Part shown: positions 45,308 to 54,298 of the stretch, piece after piece
Numbering within the stretch: position 1 is the first letter of the stretch
How the letters are laid out: each line of letters begins with the position of its first letter
Assembly (NCBI GenBank): GCA_964424105.1
Contig: CAYRHJ010000030.1
Coordinates: forward strand, 54,227-118,226
Direction: 5' to 3'
Length of the DNA stretch: 64,000 nucleotides
Source: an uncultured Phycisphaeraceae bacterium
Lineage (GTDB): Bacteria > Planctomycetota > Phycisphaerae > UBA1845
Made by a program: the position numbers and the translations under genes
Notes under the pieces: generated by a model
What the model saw: only the letters and a program-made list of their open reading frames with translations
Told to the model about the DNA's origin: nothing
The model's database searches: none

Positions 45308-46686
45308 TGTCGCACACAAGAATCATCACGCGAGTGCTCGTACCCGTCCCACACAAGTCAACGCCGGCAGGATCCGGCATGATTCCGCGCCGCCGGTTTC
45401 GCGATCGGGCCGTCGGCGGATGGGTGTCACGAATCCTGGTCGCTACGACGTTGATCGTGTGTCTGGTCCAGCCAAACGCCGCTGCCGATCCTGTCTTGCC
45501 AAAAGACGCACGGGTCGTTTTCTATGGCGACGGATTGGTCAGTCCGGCGAAATTCAGCTACATGGTGGAAAGCTTCATGAAGCTCCGCTACCCCGAATGG
45601 GGCCTGCGGTTTTGGCACATCGCGCCCCACGGAGTCGGTTACGGAAATCTTGAAGTCGCCCACGCGAAATTCGATGAATTGGTCGCACCATTGAAGCCGA
45701 CGGTCATCGTGCTGTGTTGGGGGCTGGGTGATGGCGAACTGAAGCAGCACGACGCCGGCCGGGTTGACGCGACCGCCCAATCGTTTCAGAGTTTGATCGG
45801 GCGTGGCCAAGAAATCGGTGCCAAAGTCTACGCCCTGACACCACCCCCACCGACCATCGACAAGAAAAACATTCTGTCATTGAACCGCTACGACGTGACG
45901 ATTGAAAGAATTTCGGAATCACTGCTCGCGTCCGGCGGACAAGCGGGTGCGGAAATGCTCGATTGGCACGGGGCCGTCGTCGCGCTCCGCAAGCAGCAGC
46001 CCAACGCGGACTGGACCGGCACCGACGGACTGATGCCCTCGCCGCTTTCCCAATCCGTCGCGGCCCATCTGATTCTACAGGCCTGGCAGGCTGCGGCCAT
46101 TGATGTTGCCATTTCATTGGACCTGGCTACGGGCACGGTGACCACCTCCCACGGGCAGGCGGAACTAACGCAGGTGGATGATCACGCGGTAAGGCTTGCT
46201 TTTCAGGGCCTGCCCATGCCCTGGCATACGGGGGATCACGCGTCGGCGTTTCGGGAGGAATTCGCCAGTGCATCGTTCTGTAAAGTTATGTTACAGGCTA
46301 CGAACGCACCGGCGGGTCCGGTGATCATCGGGAAGGGTGCGCCGCGGCAGGAACCCCTGTCCATCGACGCCGCGACGCTGCAAACCGGCTATAACCTCGC
46401 CTGGGAGAGTCCGCTATCGCGCATGGCGGCCCACTCGGAATTCGTCCGGCGTTTGCTTGAAAAGAACACCGCCATGACATGGGTCCTGCGAACCATGCAT
46501 GAATTGCAAGCCCAACCGCCCGAACCGGAACTTCGCCAAGCCCACGAATCCTATCTGTATTCACGTGTGCAATACGTCGATGGAATGGAACGGATTCTGT
46601 TGCGTACCCCCACCGTACTGGACGGTGCTTTCGAGATTCGCTTCGCCGGACCGCTGGCGGCCACCAAACAGGAAACATCACCGTGA
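45307..46686 (+). CDS. Secreted SGNH/GDSL-like hydrolase-fold protein; hypothetical.
   Basis: A signal peptide follows an alternative start at 45379. ARVVFYGDGL is a block-I-like motif. TGATG overlaps the pdxJ stop. Confidence 0.45.
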   Translation: MSHTRIITRVLVPVPHKSTPAGSGMIPRRRFRDRAVGGWVSRILVATTLIVCLVQPNAAADPVLPKDARVVFYGDGLVSPAKFSYMVESFMKLRYPEWGLRFWHIAPHGVGYGNLEVAHAKFDELVAPLKPTVIVLCWGLGDGELKQHDAGRVDATAQSFQSLIGRGQEIGAKVYALTPPPPTIDKKNILSLNRYDVTIERISESLLASGGQAGAEMLDWHGAVVALRKQQPNADWTGTDGLMPSPLSQSVAAHLILQAWQAAAIDVAISLDLATGTVTTSHGQAELTQVDDHAVRLAFQGLPMPWHTGDHASAFREEFASASFCKVMLQATNAPAGPVIIGKGAPRQEPLSIDAATLQTGYNLAWESPLSRMAAHSEFVRRLLEKNTAMTWVLRTMHELQAQPPEPELRQAHESYLYSRVQYVDGMERILLRTPTVLDGAFEIRFAGPLAATKQETSP

Positions 46687-47633
46687 ATCGCAAGATCCAT
46701 TCATGGAAAGGGACGTATACAGCCCTGGTCACGCCCTTTCGTGATGGCCAGATCGATTGGCCGACCGTCGATCGCCTGATCGATCGACAATTGGACGCGG
46801 GCATCGACGGCATCGTTCCCTGCGGAAGCACCGGTGAATCCGCAGCCTTGACCGGTGCAGAACATCAGAGGCTCGTCGAAGCCGTCATCCGACGGGTCGA
46901 TGGCCGTTGCAAAGTGATCGCCGGGACCGGATCGAGCAGCACCGCCCACGCGATCGATCTAACGCAGCGAGCCGCATCCGCCGGCGCTGACGGCGCGCTG
47001 GTGGTCACACCCTATTACAATCGACCGACCCAGGAAGGACTATTCCGGCACTATGCAGCCGTGGCGGATTCGACATCGATTCCCATCATCCTGTACAACG
47101 TTCCGGCGCGTTGTGCGGTGGATTTGCAGAACGAAACGATCCTGCGACTGGCCGACCGCTGTGAAAATATCGTCGCGGTCAAGGACGCCAGCGGCGGCGT
47201 GGGACGGGTTTCCGAATTGGCCGCCCATCCCAGATTGACCGTGCTTTGCGGTGACGACTCCTTGACACTTCCCATGATGTCGCTGGGCGCGGTCGGCGTG
47301 ATCAGCGTCATTTCCAATCTCGTGCCCGCCTGGATGAAATCGCTGGTCGACGCCGTTCCATCGGACCCGCTCGCGGCTCGAAATTGGCACGCGCGGGCAT
47401 GTGGCCTAGCGGATGACATCGGTCGATGGGGTCCCAATCCATTGCCCATCAAAACCGCCATGGCCTTGCAGGGCCTTTTGGCCGAGGAATTTCGCCTGCC
47501 GCTGTGTCCCATGGGCGACGAGCAGCGCCGCCATATTCAAGCGTCGCTGTCGCAATCCCTGGGCCGCGAAAAAGAATTCGCCGTTGAAAACAAAAAACCG
47601 TCCCCGCAAGTAGAGGCGGTGGGCGCTCGCTAG
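46683..47633 (+). CDS. dapA: 4-hydroxy-tetrahydrodipicolinate synthase.
   Basis: GTYTALVTPF, GIVPCGSTGE, catalytic Lys region VKDASGG and YNVP motifs. Confidence 0.9.
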   Translation: MNRKIHSWKGTYTALVTPFRDGQIDWPTVDRLIDRQLDAGIDGIVPCGSTGESAALTGAEHQRLVEAVIRRVDGRCKVIAGTGSSSTAHAIDLTQRAASAGADGALVVTPYYNRPTQEGLFRHYAAVADSTSIPIILYNVPARCAVDLQNETILRLADRCENIVAVKDASGGVGRVSELAAHPRLTVLCGDDSLTLPMMSLGAVGVISVISNLVPAWMKSLVDAVPSDPLAARNWHARACGLADDIGRWGPNPLPIKTAMALQGLLAEEFRLPLCPMGDEQRRHIQASLSQSLGREKEFAVENKKPSPQVEAVGAR

Positions 47634-47661
47634 CCGCGGTTTTGGATTCTCGCCAGGCCGA

Positions 47662-49326
47662 TCAATCTTGCCCGCGTGTGATGCGCTGCGGGTTCATGCG
47701 AAACGGGTTGTAAAGTGGGTCGCCCACCAGCGCCAAACGCCACGACAGCAGCGGCAGCGTCTGGAAGTACGTTTCCACGAGCGTTTGGCGGCCCGAAAGC
47801 AGTCGGCTGAAAAACTCGCTGGGCATGGGAAAGGCATGCAGAAAAGGCTCGCTCGTCGCACCGAAGGTCGCGGCTACGCCGTCCGCGAGCATTTCCTTGC
47901 ACCAATATCGCTTCCGCCCGTCGCGCAAACTCATCATTTCAAAACTGGCGATGTGGGCCGCCACGGCACCGGGCACAAATTCAAACGCGTCAACGTAGTG
48001 TGCCAGACTGTACCACCCGCAGTACAGGGCCGCACCGGGACACTGACCGGGCTGAAACACGTCCGATTGAATGTCCAGGATGACGGGGATGTCCGTTTTC
48101 GTTCGAACGACGCGGGCCAGTTCGATGAGGTCGCGATCATACGCCGCCAGTCCCGCATCCCGCGTGGAACGAGCGTCAATGTAAAAGGTCCCTTTCAGCC
48201 CGGTTCGTTCAACGCGGACGGCATCGTCGATCATGCGGAGGACGGTTTCGGGTGCGGGTCCGTCGAGGCGGGCGACCATCAGCGTTCGACGTTGGCTCTC
48301 GACGCCAACTTCCTGATTCGACGGGGATGGCCGACGCCCTGCGAATTGATCGAAGTGAAACGGATTGGTCTGCCATCCCGAACGATCATAGTCATCCCAG
48401 AAAATCAGCGCCAGCTCGCTATCAAGCGACGATTCCGAATCCACGCCCCGCAATGACAGAATTCGCTTCTGAAATGCGGCTGCCACTCCATACAGACCGC
48501 GAGTTTCACGAATGATAGTGATGGCCCGGTCAAACTCGTCGGAAGTAGATGGGTAACGCATCAGCGTGTCGAGCTGTGATTCAGCCTCCGCAATTTGCTC
48601 CCGCATCCGTTTCACGCGAATGGCTGAGTTGGGTGATTGTGGCTCTTCTCCCCTCGCACGGAGCAGCAACCCCATCTGACCCTCGACTTGAAGGATGATT
48701 TCAAAGGTGGCCCTTCTGCCTACCAACAAGGCCTCGCCCGCGAAGTCCCGATGGCGCGAAACCAGCTCCGCCAGCTCCTTGATGTAACGATCATATTGCG
48801 CTTGAAGCGCGGCCCGGTCGAGCGATTCTGCCGTGTTGAACGCCGCAGGTGCAGGCTGCACGTCAAGGTGATCGGTCGTCCGGATGCGCTCAACGAGCGC
48901 CGCGAACCGGGTCATTGTATCGCGCAGGGCTTTTTCCAGCGTGTCGGCACGATCCAGGCGTTCCTTGGACGGAATGATGGGGCCAATGCGCAAAGAAACG
49001 TCGTAGGTTGTGATGATGCAGCGGATCATCGGACCCCAAGGCCGATCGATCAGAAATGACCGCAGATTCGCCGCGACGTCGGTTTCGTAAACGGCATGTG
49101 GAATGGTTTCGTTCAGGGGCAGGGAAAGCGAGAACAATCGATCCGGCGGAATTTTTCGAGCCTCGGCGTAGTGTCGAGCGATTCGCGTGGATGCATCGCT
49201 GTCACGATTGTAAAGAATCACGCATTCCGTGGGTGCGAGTTCCGCGCAGGCCAACCCCACGCGTCCCATCGTGATCGCCACCGCCAAAAACGGACGAATT
49301 ATCAAAATCGTGCGAAGTGTTCGCAT
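47662..49326 (-). CDS. Hypothetical secreted protein, 554 aa.
   Basis: N-terminal signal peptide and a long ORF with coding-like periodicity. No recognisable domain. Confidence 0.55.
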   Translation of the reverse strand: MRTLRTILIIRPFLAVAITMGRVGLACAELAPTECVILYNRDSDASTRIARHYAEARKIPPDRLFSLSLPLNETIPHAVYETDVAANLRSFLIDRPWGPMIRCIITTYDVSLRIGPIIPSKERLDRADTLEKALRDTMTRFAALVERIRTTDHLDVQPAPAAFNTAESLDRAALQAQYDRYIKELAELVSRHRDFAGEALLVGRRATFEIILQVEGQMGLLLRARGEEPQSPNSAIRVKRMREQIAEAESQLDTLMRYPSTSDEFDRAITIIRETRGLYGVAAAFQKRILSLRGVDSESSLDSELALIFWDDYDRSGWQTNPFHFDQFAGRRPSPSNQEVGVESQRRTLMVARLDGPAPETVLRMIDDAVRVERTGLKGTFYIDARSTRDAGLAAYDRDLIELARVVRTKTDIPVILDIQSDVFQPGQCPGAALYCGWYSLAHYVDAFEFVPGAVAAHIASFEMMSLRDGRKRYWCKEMLADGVAATFGATSEPFLHAFPMPSEFFSRLLSGRQTLVETYFQTLPLLSWRLALVGDPLYNPFRMNPQRITRGQD

Positions 49327-49439
49327 ATTATTCCCATGGTGCCATTCCCAGGCGACCGGCTGACCACGTGTTGCCGTCCGGGACGTCGGTCGGCCCTCGC
49401 TTGACCGGTTCGGTCTAGCGCACTGTCAACGCTTATTCT

Positions 49440-49860
49440 GCGCGTACGCGGTCATGCTTTCCGAGCCGCGACCGCCTGCCCTTGACTCGCCGTTGCGAGC
49501 GAGAGCTTCACGTGTCGCGCCGCGACACCGTCTTGCGAAGCAAGACAACGTCGTGTCTTGGGTCGCGGCGGGAATTCGCCTCTTAACAGAGCCGCGACCG
49601 TCAGGGAGCGGTCCCCGGCGCTCCGTCATTCCGGCGAACGCCGGAATCCAGAATTCCGCGGGGCGAGTTTCACCCGCGTCATCAATCGCCGCAAGCCCAG
49701 CGTTGAACGAACCGCGAGCGGTCCCCCGCGAAGCACCTATTCACGAGCCGCGAGCGCAAAGCGAGCGGTCCCCAGCGAAGCACCTATTCACGAGCCGCGA
49801 GCGCGAAGCGAGCGGGAATCGTCCCGATCGTCACTCCGGCGCAAGCCGGAGTGTTTACAA
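49440..49860. repeat. Nested repeat cluster containing REP family B at 49583-49616, REP family A at 49624-49651 and a variant at 49829-49853, a caagacaacgtcgtgtcttg hairpin, and a tandem of about 38 bp x 2.5.
   Basis: The GAGCCGCGACCG motif recurs. The tandem AGCGAGCGGTCCCCAGCGAAGCACCTATTCACGAGCCGCGAGCGC lies at 49700-49810. Confidence 0.8.
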
Positions 49861-49865
49861 GGAAC

Positions 49866-50020
49866 GGGCGGCGACCTCGGAAACGGTGAACGCGGATTTG
49901 AAAACATTCCGCGGGCTGCACGCGTTTGCCGTCCGCGGACTCCAGAAAGTGCGCTGCGTGGCGCTGTGGAGCGTCTTGGCCTACAACGTCATGCATTTTT
50001 CGCGGGTGTTGATGACCTGA
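49866..50020 (+). pseudogene. C-terminal remnant of about 50 aa of an IS1182/IS5-family DDE transposase.
   Basis: VNADLKTFRGLHAFAVRGLQKVRCVALWSVLAYNVMHF matches the conserved K.FRG..RF.LRGL.KV......L....NL transposase C-terminus. The upstream part of the track ORF is translated repeats only. Confidence 0.55.
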
Positions 50021-50265
50021 ATTCCAAGGCGGGCGATGGAATGTCCCGCCAAGGAGGAGCGATCAAAAAAGAGGCCGGGGCGCGCAGGAGCGTGACCCAG
50101 CCGAGCCGACGAAAAACCGGGCGGTGAGCCAACTTCTTCGAGCGACTCTCGATTGAATCGCGGGAAATATGCGAATATCGAAAGATTCCCAGGCTCGGCA
50201 GGGGCGAAAATCTACCCGCCTAAACTGTCGCCGACACCGTTCAAGAGGGATGAAAGCCCATCAAG

Positions 50266-50781
50266 TTGTCTGATATTCGTTCGTCGGGTAGAAATTCAAC
50301 CATGATCGACGACATCGTGGACAAAATTCGCAACATGCCCGACGCCAAGCGGCTGGCGGTCGCGATTTATGGCGAATCCGTAGCCGCATATCGATACAGT
50401 GTGCTGGCGGATAAATCCAAATCCGAAGCGCACCGCCGAATCTTCCAAACCATGAAGGAAGAGGAACATGGCCATCAGAAGGCGCTGGAACAGTTGGCTG
50501 CTCGACTGCATCCCGGCGCCGATTTCATCCTGTCGGAAGACGACAAGGCCATGGTCATCGTGGGCACCCGGTTGTTGGAAGTTCACGACGTCGAGTCTTT
50601 CGGGCGAGCCATGCAATTCCTGCACGACACGGAGTTGAAAACCTCGCGATTCTACGAAGCCATGCACGAGTTGATGCCTGATGGCGACTTGGGCCGATTT
50701 CTGAAAGAGATGGCCGAGGAGTGCGTGGAACATGGCGAGTCGCTTCTGAAAATCGACCCCCCGGAAACGACAATCCGCTGA
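50266..50781 (+). CDS. Ferritin-like/rubrerythrin-family protein.
   Basis: Two E..H-like helices (EEHGHQKALEQL, EMAEECVEHGE). Alternative start at 50302. Confidence 0.55.
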   Translation: MSDIRSSGRNSTMIDDIVDKIRNMPDAKRLAVAIYGESVAAYRYSVLADKSKSEAHRRIFQTMKEEEHGHQKALEQLAARLHPGADFILSEDDKAMVIVGTRLLEVHDVESFGRAMQFLHDTELKTSRFYEAMHELMPDGDLGRFLKEMAEECVEHGESLLKIDPPETTIR

Positions 50782-50827
50782 TTCCACTTGCACGCGTTCG
50801 CCAGCGAGCTGCGGGCACATTTCGTGC

Positions 50828-52708
50828 CTATGGCGCGGGCGCCTCCGATTTGGACTCCGCAAGAATCCGTTCGATGTCGGATTTCAGCCGTCGGCCCCCC
50901 AGATGGCCGGGCAGAAGCTTCCCATCTCGACCGATGACGATTATTTGCGGCAAGTATTCAACCCCGCACGTCTCCGCTGCCGGCTGAGCGCCGCTTTCGT
51001 CGCCGAAGACCTGTGGCCAAGTCATCTTTTTTTCATCAACAAATTGACGAAACTTTTTTTCGGAAAGCCCGGCGTCGAGACTGATACCGACCATCAGAAA
51101 ATCCTCCCGACTTCCGAACGCGGCAAAAGCCTCGGCCAAGTGCGGAATCTCCGCCACGCAGGGTCCACACCACGTCGCCCAAAAATCGAGCAGGACGACT
51201 TTCCCCTCGTATTGCGACGTGTTGATCTTTTTTCCGTCCAACGTCGTCAGTTCCAACGGTGGAACCGGATGACCGACGAGCAACTTGGCCACGGTCGGCG
51301 GGGAATCACTTTGATCGGTCACTTCAAATCGGTGATCGTCCTTTCCGGGGGTGACCTGTTGATTCAACAGCGGTTCATAGCCTGGCGCGATGACGGACAC
51401 CTCGAAGCCTTCGACCGGCACGTTCTGCATGACAAATCGGCCATCCGCACCGGAAAGCGTCTGGGCCCCCAACGTCGATTTTCCCAACCACTTCGTCGCG
51501 CAGATGAACGCACCCCCGACCGGTTGGCCAGCCTGATTCACGACCACGCCGCCGGCCACTTGAGCGGGTGCCAACGCGAAATCATGCTTAACGAATTCGC
51601 CCGCGGCCACGGTTACGGTCGCAAGCTGTGGGGCATATCCGTTCAAATAGATGGTGACGGCTGACTCGCCCGGCGGCACGCCGACCACCTCGTACGTTCC
51701 GTCGGCGACGGTCCACGCCCGCCGTAATCTGCTGGTATCGCCCTCGCCCACCGTGACCCGTGCACCGTATAGCTCGTTTTCCGTCTCGGCGTCGATGACC
51801 TTGCCGACGACTATTCCGGCCCGATGCAGAATCAGTTCATGTCTGGACAGATGCGCATCCGCCGGCAGATCGATCTCGCGCTCGAATCCATGGTCGGAGA
51901 TGTAGGAATCGTGATTAAGCTTGATGTGCAGGGTCGTCAATTCCAGGGACAGCCCCGCGATGGCTGCGCGACCCGCGTCATCCGTGACGGTTGTGCGATA
52001 ATCCCCGCGGTCATCGTCCATGATTTCGACGGTGACATCCGCCACGGGGCGACCGTCCGTGTCCCGCGCGATCAATTCCACGATGCGTTCCGGCGGCAGG
52101 CTGATCCTCAACGGGCCATCATCGTCATCGGCATGCCATGGATGATGCGTGCGGGCGAATCCGTCCTTTTCAACCGTAATCTCGCCTTCGCCCGGAATGA
52201 TGTTCGCGATCTGAAACGATCCGTCATCTTGCGTGTCGGCGGATTGGGCGAACGTGCCGATGGTCAGCTTCACCTTCGCACCAGCCACGGGAGTTCCATC
52301 CGACGAGCGCACGACGACGCCGCCGATCAAGTGCGAGCCCGATAGCGTCAGATCGACGAACGGCGGCCAAACTTCAACCTTGTATTCGATGACTCGCCGC
52401 GCGTCCTGATACCCCGACTTGTGAAACACAAGCGTGTACTCGCCCGCCGCCGCGTCGGCCAGCGAAACCTTGAAATCGCCATAACCGTTGGAAGTCGTCC
52501 GAACCAGCGGTTTGCTATCGGTCTCGGCGCTTCCTTGCAGCAGCATGACTTCGACACCCTCCACGCCGCCGCCCATGTGATCGTACACCTGTCCTTCCGC
52601 CACGGTGCGGTCCGATGGTGCAGCCTGCTCCGCATCTTGCGCCGATCCCCTGCCGACCCCAGCCATCACCAGCAACAACGCGAGCATGCCGATGAAACGT
52701 GGTTGCAT
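50828..52708 (-). CDS. TlpA-like thioredoxin-fold thiol-disulfide oxidoreductase fused to N-terminal carboxypeptidase-regulatory-like beta-sandwich repeats.
   Basis: C-terminal FWATWCGPC. The N-terminus has several G.V.D..G.PV.GA.V Cna B-like repeats. Signal peptide MQPRFIGMLALLLVMAG. Confidence 0.75.
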   Translation of the reverse strand: MQPRFIGMLALLLVMAGVGRGSAQDAEQAAPSDRTVAEGQVYDHMGGGVEGVEVMLLQGSAETDSKPLVRTTSNGYGDFKVSLADAAAGEYTLVFHKSGYQDARRVIEYKVEVWPPFVDLTLSGSHLIGGVVVRSSDGTPVAGAKVKLTIGTFAQSADTQDDGSFQIANIIPGEGEITVEKDGFARTHHPWHADDDDGPLRISLPPERIVELIARDTDGRPVADVTVEIMDDDRGDYRTTVTDDAGRAAIAGLSLELTTLHIKLNHDSYISDHGFEREIDLPADAHLSRHELILHRAGIVVGKVIDAETENELYGARVTVGEGDTSRLRRAWTVADGTYEVVGVPPGESAVTIYLNGYAPQLATVTVAAGEFVKHDFALAPAQVAGGVVVNQAGQPVGGAFICATKWLGKSTLGAQTLSGADGRFVMQNVPVEGFEVSVIAPGYEPLLNQQVTPGKDDHRFEVTDQSDSPPTVAKLLVGHPVPPLELTTLDGKKINTSQYEGKVVLLDFWATWCGPCVAEIPHLAEAFAAFGSREDFLMVGISLDAGLSEKKFRQFVDEKKMTWPQVFGDESGAQPAAETCGVEYLPQIIVIGRDGKLLPGHLGGRRLKSDIERILAESKSEAPAP

Positions 52709-53026
52709 GCTTCGAATACCAAGTGCGCCAAAATGAACCAAGCCGCAACCGTCAGGGAGCGGCGTTGGGGCCCATTCCTGGCGAGTTGATTTAGACGCAC
52801 TAAATGTTTCGATTTCCGCAGTATTCAAGTTACGCGTTCCATCACGACCCGCAATCGGCCGTTCGAATCCCACTCCTATGGCACCGCGCAAACGTCATTC
52901 CACACACATTCAGGATCGCGAAAACTTCACGGCCTGCGGAATCAAATCGTCCGCCCTATCAGAATAGCTTTTGTTCAATCGAATGTCACCTGCAATGGCC
53001 GCGCGGGTATAATAATCGCGCCTAAA

Positions 53027-53046
53027 TTAACAGAGCCGCGACCGTG
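53027..53046. repeat. REP family B partial copy: TTAACAGAGCCGCGACCGTG.
   Basis: Matches the 49583-49616 core. Intergenic. Confidence 0.7.
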
Positions 53047-53287
53047 GGGGGCCGATTCCGGCCGGGTCTATTCAGGCGCCATAGATCGTCGGCTTCGCCC
53101 ATTGAGTCGACAATGCCCACGTGGTCCATTGCCCCGCCGGGGCAACGGATGGTAGCCACGGGTGAAGTCCGCCGTTGGCGGACGGAACCCGTGGATGGCG
53201 ATCACCCTTGATTCTGCCCGCCCCGGACGGGGCGGAGGACGTTCGCAAATTGGATTTTGGTGTTGACAAAGCACCAGGTAACCGACG

Positions 53288-54196
53288 ATGAGACCATTCC
53301 AACGAATCCAGTTTAGACGGCTGATCCTGGCGGTCGCGATATTTGCAACGGCTTCCATCGTCGCGGGCATGCGACAATGGAAACGCGTTCCGCTGATGCA
53401 CGGGCAAATCGCGAGTGACGAACTCGTCGAACTGTCCGGCTTGGTACGGGCTGACGCCGCCGGTGAATTCTGGGGCCACAACGACTCGGGTCATCCGCCC
53501 GTCATCTTTCGATTCAATGATCGCGGTCAGGTTCGTCAACGAGTGGTCGTCTCCGGCGCCGCGAACATCGATTGGGAAGCGATGACGACCGATGATCGAG
53601 GCCGATTGCTCATCGCTGACGTGGGGGACAACGCGCGGCGGAGAGGCCAATATACCATCTATCAAATCGCTGAACCGCGCGCCGACGCCGACGAAGTCAC
53701 CGTTCAAGCCACCTATCGGTTCACCTACCCCGATGGTCGATCGCGCGATTGCGAGGCCATCTTTTCGATGAATCGCGACGTCTACATCATCACCAAGGAA
53801 ATGTCGCCGCAGGCGTCGCCAACTGTCTATCGACTCGATGGATTCAATGGTGACACCGACCGATACGGGCTTCGCAAGGACGATGGCAATCCAACGGTGG
53901 ACGCGCCGTCTACGGAACGGAAACTGCGCGTGACAAAAGTCGGTTCACTGGGCCTCGACGAACCGCTGACTGACGCCTCCTGGTCATCTGAGCTGAAACT
54001 ATTGGCCGTGCTGACCTACGGCGGGGTCTATTTGCATCGCGTCGAATCCGAGGCGCAGCTTCTCGATCCGCCCGTCCGTCACATCGACGGTTTTTTCGGA
54101 CAATGCGAGGCGCTGTGCTTCGATGGGCAGGACGTCATTGTGACGAATGAACCGGGCATGATCTGGCGATTCCCGACGGCCGATGAAGCGCCCTGA
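53288..54196 (+). CDS. Hypothetical secreted protein, possibly SdiA-regulated/phytase-like beta-propeller.
   Basis: Signal peptide present. ELSGLVRAD...GHNDSGHPPVIFRFN and LLIADVGDN resemble SdiA-regulated domain motifs. Confidence 0.45.
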   Translation: MRPFQRIQFRRLILAVAIFATASIVAGMRQWKRVPLMHGQIASDELVELSGLVRADAAGEFWGHNDSGHPPVIFRFNDRGQVRQRVVVSGAANIDWEAMTTDDRGRLLIADVGDNARRRGQYTIYQIAEPRADADEVTVQATYRFTYPDGRSRDCEAIFSMNRDVYIITKEMSPQASPTVYRLDGFNGDTDRYGLRKDDGNPTVDAPSTERKLRVTKVGSLGLDEPLTDASWSSELKLLAVLTYGGVYLHRVESEAQLLDPPVRHIDGFFGQCEALCFDGQDVIVTNEPGMIWRFPTADEAP

Positions 54197-54298
54197 TCGC
54201 CGCCCCGTCGGCAACAGACGGACGCAGTCCCCGCCGGTCGTTCGACGCCCAGGGACACAAGAATCACAGAAACATTCGAATCACCTGTTTCACCCGTC

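Noticed and set aside
47668-48456. 262-aa + strand ORF.
   Set aside because: Antisense to the longer signal-peptide-bearing 554-aa minus-strand gene.
49454-50127. 188-aa and 189-aa + strand ORFs spanning the repeat nest.
   Set aside because: Most of their length is translation of palindromic repeats (VIPANAGIQ-type peptides). Only the last 50 aa or so of the first shows transposase similarity, so it is called as a remnant, not a gene.
53072-53707. 211-aa minus ORF.
   Set aside because: Overlaps antisense to the 53288-54196 secreted protein gene, which has a signal peptide and SdiA-regulated-like motifs.
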